This document shows positions 1 through 9,955 of a DNA stretch of 64,000 nucleotides, piece by piece. This DNA is from Zygnema circumcarinatum SAG 698-1b. Its lineage: Eukaryota > Plantae > Zygnematophyceae. The stretch lies in the NCBI GenBank assembly GCA_037447605.1, contig CM074804.1, forward strand, positions 3,010,252 to 3,074,251, read 5' to 3'. Within the stretch, counting starts at the first letter, position 1. Each line of letters opens with the position of its first letter. The notes below the pieces were generated by a model, which saw nothing but the letters and a program-made list of their open reading frames with translations, had not been told where the DNA came from and did not search any database. Made by a program: the position numbers and the translations under genes.

Positions 1-1390
1 AAATTTCGTGCCCGGGCAGGGTCGAAAGTGGTGCGTTGTCGTGCGCTGATTGGTTTGATAGTGAGTGGGTGCGTGTTCAACCGTTCGATCAAGGGTTTTA
101 GAATTTCCACATCGACGGCGAGGAAAATGCAACGGCCCGAGGGTTTTGGGCAGCGGCCCCGAGGGAGGGAGGTAGCCTGCGCCCGCCGGCGGGCCGGGCA
201 GAGGCGGTTTGGCTGCATCGCGCGGGGAGAGGGGGGGTTGGGGCAGTTGCCGCGAAAGTGCTGGTCGGCCAATCAGAGCGCGCGGGCCGCGAAGAAATTT
301 CACGGATTCTGGTGCACAGGACGACATGGAACGGCTGACGTGGACCCGCTGAGCAAAGACTTTAAGACTGTCGGCGTTAAGGGGGACCGGCGGCGCATTT
401 GCGGGCGGTGGCAACGACTAAAGGCGGGCAGGCGTTCACACGGTCGGGCGACAAGCTCAGCGCTGGTCCTATGCTCATCCGCCCCACGACGACGACCCGC
501 CCGCTCGTTCACACGCACTGCGGCTGCTCTGGCGAACCGGAGCTCGCCGCCTGTGCACGATTTCATCGGCGGCACGACGACGACATGGAGATGGGACGTT
601 CAGCGCGAGCTTCGGAAGATTCAAACGCACGATTTTCCTGGGACGGTCGGCATGTCATGGCATAAGGGTGGAGAGGAGGGATAAAAAAATTCTTAAGTTA
701 GGTTCGTCTCGAGATGGCGATGGCATCAAAATGTACGATTACCACGATAATGTGGGACAGCTATGCCGGGTCAGAATTGACCTGTACACGAAAATAAGAC
801 TACGACTACGGGCGGCATCCTGCTTCTCGGCCTGAGAAAAACACCCGGAGCAGCCGAAAGGCGCACGCACTTCCGGTTTTCGTGTACTTGAGATGGTTAT
901 ACACAAGCTTTACTGAGCTGGCGCTTGGCAGAATGCCAGGGAGCAGGGCGGCACATACCCCTAATCCGTTCTACGAGGTGGAGTGTCTTATGGACACGAG
1001 ATCTCTCATGGCAGACGAACGGCGACCATATAATTCTTATAAAGTGATATTTTATTCAAGTGAAATAATACATGGCAAACATTCCATCAGTCCCACAACT
1101 TCCGGATTTGAAGGCCGATGCTTTACCAATGAGGGGAGGAAAATCTTGCCAGCAATGCAAGAATGAAGCGACAGAAAAACGCATAACACCACCCCCGGCC
1201 GCAAATAGAGAAAATCCCGCAAGGCAAAGCTTCCTTCATTGTTGGATAGCCCATAACTTACAGGACAAAAGGCAGATCAAGAATCTAAAAAATCGCCTAT
1301 TGCATTATACAATTCACATAACGATACTCAAGCTAAAGGTCCTCGTTTATCTACCACTGACTAGCAAAGTAAGGAGGCCAAGCAAACTCC

Positions 1391-3184
1391 TCAAAGGCTG
1401 GGAAGGCGCTCAACCTCACCGCGAAGCACGGTGAGAAGGTTGTTTCCGAAGGGGTCACTCAAGTGCTTTGCCAAGTTCTCAACCGGACCCTCACCAGTGA
1501 TGTACGCCTGCAGGAAGAAGCCGAGCATGGAGAACATGGCAAGGCGGCCGTTCTTGATCTCCTTCACCTTCAGCAGAGCAAAGGTGTCTGGGTCCTTGGC
1601 CAAACCAAGGGGGTCGAAGGAGCCTCCAGGGTGGAGGGTGTCCAAGCCCTGAAAAGGAAAAGTGCAGATTGGAGTGTCAGCACAGCCAATGTTCAAGGGA
1701 GTCCGTAAACCTACATAGCAAGGGAAGTTTGCCACAGGAAACAGAGCACTTACGGTTCCAAGAGGAGACTTGTTGGTGGCCCTGTAGTACTCAGCTCCAC
1801 CCAAAAGGACAACCTCAGCGATGACAGCGACAGCGAGGTTCACGGGGATGGTCAATCCGAAGTACTGGAGGGTGTTTCCGTCCAAAAGGAGAGCGCCGGT
1901 CTGCAGAAAGAGCAAAAAACAAAAAAATCTAAGTACTCAACTGGCCTCATTGTAGCAACACGGTACACGCATTTCAACGACTCTTAGGAAGGCAGGCCAT
2001 AAACGTTCCGATATAAAGAGCGATTCATTATATACAAAAAATGGCCTTAAAAGGGCACGACTAATAAGTACCATACCTTGAACCAAACGGCCTCGGGCCC
2101 GCAAACGGCACCGTACTTGTTGAATGCTTCAGGAATAATGAAGCCAGCGGCTCCCAACATGGCCCACCGGGCATGGATCAGCTCATAGGCCTGATACCTG
2201 TGATAATCAGTTACGAAGTAGCATCAACATAAGTAATCCACCATTTGCACGGTAAAGCGTGGTCCACCCAACAAACAATTGATGCTATACAATCAATCAT
2301 AGAAAGAACATCATGAAGGCCAAAAGCCAGGAACTAACCTGGCGAAATCAGCGGGCTTCTTGCCAAGGCCAAAGGGATCAAAACCGTAGCTGCATTGATT
2401 AGGACAATCACAAGGAATAAAGAATTAGGATAAGGTACCATGTACGAGCGTAGAGGGCAGGTGCAGCCCTAAGAATTAGAATGTGTAGCGACAGGTAGCC
2501 CTCGGACTGTGTGCTTCAGTGCCTCAGCACATTTACGAGAGTGAAAATAAAGCAGCAAGAAAATGACTAGACAAATAATAAAATCTTACTCGCCGGCCAC
2601 CTCGCCGGTCAGATACTCTGGGATCTCAGACTTCGCCAAGAAACCCTCTGGCAGGTAGATCCTGCGTTCAGGGCCTGCAAGCAAGCACATGCCAGTAAAG
2701 TCCGAAAATCAGAATGAGAAGTGAGACGGAACCACGAGCGAAGCTCTGAGAGTAGGCATGCAGGCAACGGCAAATTTTGCGAAATCCATATTCTTGAAGG
2801 TGCTTGTGTAACCTCCTGATATGAGACAATAGTCCTATCGCCTCAGCACATCCAAAATGCTATATTCGCCAAACGGTACTAATAATTAGGTCAATTATTC
2901 ACTTTAGCCCCGAAAAACTCCTCTCAGCACAGGCTCTGACATTCCAACTAGCCGAAGTTAATAAGCAGACACCTACCGTACCACTTCGACAACTCTGCAT
3001 CCTCAGGCGTTGCCTTCTTCACAGGGGCCTTCTTTGCTGCAGGCTTCTTCTTGGAGAACAAAGCAACAGTCTGCACGGAGGTGGCTGCCACGGTCTGCCT
3101 CACAGGGGCGGCCACACCGGCAACATTCTGTCCTAGGAACTCGCTCTTCAGGGCCACGACAGAGGTGGAGGCAACGGCAGCCAT
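1391..3184 (-). CDS. Lhcb5: Chlorophyll a/b-binding protein CP26 (minor PSII antenna), 6 exons, ~289 aa
   Basis: Exons complement(2977..3184, 2590..2674, 2339..2389, 2077..2197, 1754..1900, 1391..1648), all GT-AG, total 870 nt in frame. Transit peptide, then [52 protein letters not shown] and [13 protein letters not shown] motifs typical of Lhcb5. Confidence 0.97.
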
Positions 3185-3295
3185 GGCTTCAAGCTCCTCC
3201 TGCCTCCTCTACCAGGCCTGTGCGGGTCTAAAGAGAAGCAGCGGCGCAGGGAGCTGCCAGCGCGGGCCGCCGCGCTCTTGTTCCGCGCGCGGCTG

Positions 3296-3431
3296 GTGAT
3301 GCAGCGCCCGCCAGCCGGTGATGCAGGGTGTGGGCAGGTGATGCAGGGCCGCCCTGGAGTGATGCAGGGCCGGCCCCGGCGTGATGCAGCTCCCGCCAGG
3401 CGGTGATGCAGCGCGCGCGGCGGTGATGCAG
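3296..3431. promoter_or_regulatory. Array of seven GTGATGCAG motifs spaced 20-22 bp, upstream of Lhcb5
   Basis: Copies start at 3296, 3318, 3338, 3359, 3381, 3403 and 3423. They are followed by CGTCACGTCAC (two TGACG on the gene strand) and a CCAAT at 3485. The sequence is certain; a regulatory role is inferred. Confidence 0.6.
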
Positions 3432-3529
3432 GAGCGGCGGCGCGTCACGTCACGGATGGCGCGCTATCCGCGAGCGCGCGGCAGCCAATGGGCGCGCGGC
3501 GGGGCGACGCGACCGGATGGGCCCGTGCC

Positions 3530-3745
3530 GTACGGACAGGTACGGACGAAACTGTACGGGTGGCTGGAACTTCATTTCTACAGTACAGTACCCGAATAGG
3601 GTACAGTACAGTAGCGGAAGGGGGCGGAGGCGAATCCTACGGACCGTACATGGGCCGTACGAGATGGAGGCCACGTCACATGCTGCCCTTCGCCAAACTG
3701 GAACTGCGACGGGCGGAAGCCAATCAAAAGGCTGCTTTCCAATCA
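3530..3745. promoter_or_regulatory. GTAC cluster (SBP-type cores) and two CCAATCA boxes in the Lhcb5 upstream region
   Basis: Nine GTAC between 3530 and 3660; CCAATCA at 3720 and 3739. CCAATCA also occurs at 269, 9862 and 25553, and reversed at 54254, all in GC-rich 5' flanks. Confidence 0.5.
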
Positions 3746-3994
3746 CGGACAGGTGTCGTGCACTGCACTGTCGCAACATACTGTCCTCCGTTCTGTTTCG
3801 TACTGCGGCGTACGGCATGTCATGCCATGCCATGCATAGGGGATGTACATTTGTCCGTACAAGCGAGAGTTTTAGATTCCAGAATTAAAACGTTCGAATA
3901 TCTTAAAGTTTCAGAGTTTGGTACGACCATTGAAATTAAACACCCGAAATTGAATTGCGCTCCCGCTAACCCTACATCCGTACGACTGACCGGC

Positions 3995-4086
3995 CATTCC
4001 AAAAGTGTTTTATAAAATGGCCTGACTTTTAGAAATTTTGATTGGAATTCTAACACACGACACTGCGTTCTAATGTACATCCCTAG
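3995..4086 (+). repeat. Dispersed 92-bp repeat block A ending in CTAG (copy 1)
   Basis: Aligns without gaps, about 80% by eye, to the reverse complement of 24026..24117. Confidence 0.8.
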
Positions 4087-4101
4087 CTTTGTTCTTTCGT
4101 C

Positions 4102-4187
4102 CTTAGGTCCTCTGTGACCACTTCCTCGTGGTTCCCCATGAATTTGTCCATGTACATTTGATGGCCCCGCCACCGTGAGATCAATGC
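4102..4187 (+). repeat. Dispersed ~87-bp repeat block B (copy 1)
   Basis: CTTAGGTCC...GTCCATGTACATTTGATGGCC...GAGATCAA; also at 54603..54690 (+) and 24555..24642 (-). Confidence 0.85.
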
Positions 4188-5651
4188 CACTTCCATTTGC
4201 CATGCCATGCCATCATGGGAATTGAGGCCGTCCGGGCGGGGCGGGGCGGGCGACCACCTCGGAGGGGTCCGTCCGAGCGAGCGGCGGAGGCGAGTAGGAG
4301 GTGCGATCGGTCGGTCGGTCTCAAGCTGTGTTTGTCTGTCTGTCTGTCACTCAGCGCGGCCAGACCCGGGTCGCGTCGCAGGTCGGAATGAGGTGAGGAG
4401 GCAAAATTGGAAACGGTGTCGCGCCGGTCGGAGACTTCAAGTGTGATGCCTCGCAGTTCAGAGAGCTGCGGGGTCTTTTGTTCAAATAAGAAATGCAGCG
4501 CGTTTCTACAGCAGTAGGGTCTGTAGAGGAGGACTTCGCCAAAGCCGCCTCCATGACGAAAGGTAATTGGACAAGGCTTGAAGTCCCCAGATTTTCTGTT
4601 TTGACGAGGGAAGCTAGAAATAGAGTTTCGCAATGCCGCAGAGACTGCTCTCATTGGCACACCACCGTTCTGTGCAAGGTGCATAAGTGGTCTCCATTGA
4701 GAGTGGGCTCTCCGTTGCTCTTTTCTGAAGCATGTGCCACGCAACTCAAGCACCCAACGAGACGAGCTCAACATGCACCATGGACTTGCCATCGTCAAGA
4801 GTGCTTGGCATCCTTCGTAGCTTCATATGCCTAATTAATCGTCCTGACGGCCGATTTTCACGCAGATTCTATTGCCTCTTCGCAAATTTCGACCTAATTG
4901 ATTTTTTAGTCCTAAAAAAAATCTTGCATGTTTCATACGAACTCGTACAAACAGACCGACAGACAAGAGCCAGACAGACGGACCGATGAACAGACAGACC
5001 AACAAGGAGCCAAACGGACAGACAGAAGGAAAATCAGTCTGATCGATGAGACCAGAGCAGACCCGACCCGACTATGTGCGCGTGTCGTTCGCAAGCACGA
5101 CTAGCGGTTCCACCACCACCTTCGAAGCACAGCCTTTGCAAAACTGGCGAGTTTAATCAAAGCAATTCGCTTAAGGCGGGCTGATAATTACAGATTGTGC
5201 AGCAGACTCTAATGAAAAATGGCGACGGATCTCCCTCTCTAGGGCGGCCCTTCGGCATTTGGCCAAGAGGCACCCTTAGCCGCGATGTACCACTCTCCTA
5301 CGCGTTATTTTCTCCCCATAGCTTCAAAGGAGCGTTGCTGCTTTCACTACTACCTGTGCTGGACCTGCACTGCAGGGGCGGCTTCAACTGCACTCGACTT
5401 AACAAGGAAAACCTCCTAATCCTAAGAATTAGTATAAGCCTACAGACTATCACACCAGCAACATGGAAACGCAAGCCTCTAAAGGCGGAATCTACTCAAT
5501 CTGACTCTCGTTCCAGTAACCCAATTTGGAAGGGCCTAAGCCACTACAGCGGCCTGCAAAAATCAGTGTTAACATTTGCAGCAAGGCTAGTGGTTCCTAT
5601 GGCTCGGTGTATTGGCCAACGTGAGGGCAGCAGCTAAGTTTGCAAAGTTGG

Positions 5652-8600
5652 CTACAAGTTCAGTTCTGCAGGGAGGCAGGGCAACCTCTGGATTCGGGCT
5701 CCCAGACTCCGCAGCTTGTCATCCAGCTTCTCATATCCTCTGTCTATGTGGGACACTCCCTCTATATGCGTCACTCCCTCAGCAGCCATACCTGCCAGGA
5801 CAAGTGCTGCTCCAGCTCTCAAATCCGTGGCTGTCACTGGCACTCCATAAAGGCAACTGCAGAAAGAAACGCACAGCGGACTATGATTAGTGTCAATTGA
5901 AGGGCTTTCAGCCTAAAGAGTTCAGTTATGTACTGACTTGCCATGTATAGGGCAAGGGCATGAGCAAGGTTGATAAATTGGAAAAAGCACATCATAGACG
6001 GCTAAACTCACATGCAAAACAACCTAAGAATGACTTGGTAATCCACCTGAGGCCTTCAAACTCTCCCTCGGTTTGCTGAAACTGACACACAGCCTAGTTG
6101 AAGCTGACATATGTGGAAGACTGTTGTGAAATATGGTCGCAGACCCCTTGGGGTAATCATACCTGCCCTGATCTCTTCCGCAAACAAGAGCCGTGCTTCC
6201 CGTCACCTTAATGTCAGCTCCCATTTTCTGAAGCTCTTCCACTGCACACACAAAATGCACCGCTACATGAGAGACATACCAAATATAGCAGGTACATTAT
6301 TCCAAACTAAATCGCGTACACCCAACAAGCCCTCCTTCCTGTAAATACATTCCAAACAAGAGAAGGCGCAGGACCCAAGGATCGACTAACAAAACATACG
6401 GCACCGTTAGCTACCACTCACGGAAAAGGCCATGATAAAAAAATGTAAAAAAAACTGCCAAGACTCTTACTTCTTTGAACTCTATAGATTCAAAAAACAC
6501 ACTGTATCCCAGGTCTATTTGTGACAGTCACCTAGAACCTTATCATGAAGCACAACTTGGACTCAAATACTCAAATGAAACCTTTAGGGACGGAGTTGGC
6601 AGAAAAGACCAATACAATTCAATCTCACCTACCAAGTTCTAACTAATCCCATTTTGCAGAAACTGTTCGTTCAAGACCCAACTGAATCTGTTCAAAGGGG
6701 AGAATAGCGACAACTGAGCACCAATGAATAGCAAATTATACGAAGCTTCGTGAACATACCATGCCGCATACGGCTCTCGAAAACAGTCTCTCTCACAATA
6801 CTGGATCCATTACAGGTGGGGAGGAGAGCCATCATTTGGGGTTGGAGATCTGTTGGAATGCCTGGATAAGGTAGGGTGGTCACATCCTGCGCAGTCATTC
6901 TATGATTTCTGGCAGATATCTGCATCAAAGTCCAAAAGCACACTGAGATTTCCCTTAGAATAACAACAACCTACCGCAAACTCGAAATAAGTTGACCACT
7001 ATACTTTGCGTTGTTATTTCTGAAAAGCAAGTAGGCTAAATGAGCTCCATCACGACACAGAACCACTGTAAACAACCCCTCTCCCTCGTCAAAAAATACC
7101 CGAAAGGAAGCTTCTACCAAAGTCGGAGAACAATGACTTCAATTTCAACAAAACAACTGCCAGTCATAGAGAAGTTAGTACCTCCAAGCAGCTGACGTCC
7201 GTCTGTCTAATGGTGCAGCCAATCGCTTGAAGCTTGCTGATTACTGCCGTTAAGTGGTGCGGAATGACAGGGGACATGCTGATAGCTGATCGTGTGATAG
7301 CAGCCGCCACAAGGAACGTGCCCGCCTCAATTCTGTCAGGAATGACAGTGAAGTCCGTCCCCCGCAATTTGGAAACGCCGTTGATGACGAGGGTGTTCGT
7401 TCCGGCTCCTTTGATGAGTGCCCCACACGACTTGAGGAAGTTGGCGAGGTCGACCACTTCAGGCTCCTGATTGACGTGCGAAGCATTAACAAAGCAGGAG
7501 ATTCCGGTCCCTTAAAGCCCAATCCAAGCACAGCCACAAGGCTCTGTCAACAGAGCCAAGGCCCTGCCTGATTTCAGACGAAGGTCTAAGGGCGCAAGGC
7601 ACTGTGCAAACTAACGTTTCAGTGTAAGATCTTTCAAGAATTATACAGTTGATGAATTCCTGGATACTGACAATGCTTTAAGAGGCGGTTGTGCATGGAT
7701 CTACTTCTCCTCTACGGGACACGTAAAATGAAAGACACAGGGCCATTGAGATCGCCACTTCCCTCCATTATTCACACGCACTTTCACAGATGGATATGAA
7801 AATCAACGGCAATCACGACTAATGGTACACAGAACACAGTGCATTATTGCCCTAGGTCATAGTCGACGCATATTCTTCATAGTACCAAGATTCTGATGTA
7901 TACCTGGGCCACATTCGACAATATCGTTTCCCCATCGGCGAGAGATGCCGCCATCATTAGGGTCTCAGTTGCTCCCACACTCGGGTAGTCCAGGTAAAAA
8001 TTTCCACCTGTCAGCCTCTTACCGTTGCACGCCCTTGCATGCACACGCCCCTGCCTGCACGAACACAGAAGGATTCAAAGAAATGTGAGAATAAAATAGT
8101 GAGTAAAATAGGTATAAATATACCGAGTATGCTGCGCAGACTTTAAGCACACAAGCTCCATCAGGGGCGAGCGTGCCACACTGAAAATGCTGGTGAATAC
8201 CATAGTAATCGTAATGGATGGAGTACATCGATCGACATCAGATGCTAACATTCCCTAAATCCCTAAAGTGATAGCTTCTGGCATTCTCAAAGATCGGCAT
8301 TTGAAATCCGCAGAAGCATCTAAATCACATAGTAGTCAGCGGGATTGGTTGCATTCATATGGCAAACAGCGGCAAATTCAGCACAGCACAAAATTCAGCA
8401 TCACGAGCAAGATTCGCTCTACGAAGAGACTATTCGCCAGAGCCAACCAGCAATTACAGTCTGCCTACGCTTGCAACCTCCAATTCAAACAAAGATGAGT
8501 TCACTTATCTACCGATAAAAACGTAACTTCGAGTTTCATGAAACTTAGACTTTTCACTTGTTTTAACTATGCTTCGTCAACTTAAAAAATTTACCAGGAG

Positions 8601-9457
8601 AAAAGAAAAGGGGAACATAAGGAGAGTATCATCGTGTGGCCTTTCAGAGCGAGCGAGAGAGAGACATAGAGAGACAGAAAGTACCTTATCGAGACTTCAG
8701 CTCCTAACGCTTCCAAGCCTCGAACATGCAGGTCAATTGGCCGAGCTCCAATGTTACAACCCCCTGGCAAGGGAACGATGGCCTCGCCCTGCCGTCCCAT
8801 TATCGCTCCGAACACGAAAAAGCTCGCTCTCAGTTTCCGGACGACATCTGGACACGGCTCAACTGATGTGAGGTGGCTTGCATCCACACTGACAGAGGTG
8901 TCTAAACCATCTACTCCGCGCTTAATCTTCACTCCTAGAGACTGCAGCACTTGGAACATCCTTCTGATATCATGCAGGTCAGGGACTCTCCTCAGAACGA
9001 GCGGCTCATGGGAGCACAACGCCCCTGCAAGGACAGCGAGAGCTGAATTTTTGGCGCCGCTCACGTGCACGTGACCTGATAAACGGTAGCAATGCTCTAC
9101 TTCGAAGCATTCTACAAGGCCTCCAGAAAGAGCAGGAGTTCCTCCAGGAAAGAGAACATTATGAACAGATGGCGCCTGGTTGCTGCTGCTGCTTTCAAGA
9201 GCTCTACTGCTACTGCTGCTGCTGCTACTCCCCACCGCCTTATCTGCAGCGCTAGCCCTAATAGATATATCCCTTGTGCTTTGCAGATGCGCATCCAAGC
9301 GGTCCTGCCTCCGCCTGAAACTGGCGACTGACTGCCACCTGCCTTCAAGCATCTGCGGTAAAGAATTGGGATGTATCTTGCAGTTCTCGCCGCTGGCAGA
9401 AAACGCCGCATAGATACATAAATCAGTTGCAGAAGCGCTTCCGATCATTGCTGCCAT
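5652..9457 (-). CDS. murA: UDP-N-acetylglucosamine 1-carboxyvinyltransferase (MurA), plastid-targeted, 6 exons, ~550 aa
   Basis: Exons complement(8685..9457, 7904..8054, 7182..7466, 6760..6919, 6163..6241, 5652..5856), 1653 nt in frame. Motifs: [30 protein letters not shown] (catalytic Cys), [40 protein letters not shown]. Ser-rich ~115-aa N-terminal extension consistent with a transit peptide. Confidence 0.96.
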
Positions 9458-9466
9458 GTTCCCTTC

Positions 9467-9575
9467 CTCTCTCTCTCCCGCTCTCTCTCTCTCTCTCCCT
9501 CTCCCTCTACCTCTCTCCCTCTCCCTCTCTCCCTCTCTCCCTCTCTCCCTCTCTCCCTCTCCCTCTCTCCCTCTC
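9467..9575. repeat. CT/CTCCCT microsatellite just upstream of the MurA ATG
   Basis: Pure pyrimidine tract of (CT)n and (CTCCCT)n units on the + strand. Confidence 0.85.
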
Positions 9576-9955
9576 ACTTCTCCCCCGTGTCGGTCCAACC
9601 CTAATCCACTCCTCCCGTTACAGTACCCTTCCCTCACACATTTCAAAATCCTGCGAGGTTCATCCCTCCCTCTCTCCCCGCCCACCCCCGCCCTGCCGTC
9701 TCCTCCCCTCCGTACAGCCCCGTACGGCCCCTCCCCCCCCCCCCCGGCCCTGAACCCCCCCTGCCCGCAGCAAACGCCAGCCACAGCCACAGGCTCCCGC
9801 CCGCGCCAAACCCCCCCCTGTTCGTGCGCTTTCGCGCGGCCCGCAGTTCGCGGGTCGCGGGCCAATCAGCGCGCAGGCCTCCGATCCCTTCCGGGGATCA
9901 GGCAGGGCCGCCCGCCCGCGCTTCACGGGCCTCCGGGCGATCGCAGCCGTCGATC

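Noticed and set aside
818-865. SRP-RNA-like GGAGCAGCC followed by a GCC-GAAA-GGC hairpin
   Set aside because: The 5' half of the SRP helix 8 motif is missing and no larger SRP fold is evident.
28-1434. ORFs 28..684, 300..575, 399..665, 882..1166 and 1072..1434
   Set aside because: No recognisable motifs. The region is GC-rich with CCAAT boxes (269, and reversed near 46), looking like a promoter of a gene outside the window plus the Lhcb5 3' flank.
3296-3431. CRISPR-like repeat-spacer appearance of the GTGATGCAG array
   Set aside because: Repeats of 9 bp and spacers of 11-13 bp are far too short, there are no cas genes, and the context is eukaryotic.
8591-9865. 424-aa ORF starting at 9865 as the MurA N-terminus
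   Set aside because: The upstream part is translated GA microsatellite (REGEGERER); the ATG at 9457 gives a normal transit peptide.
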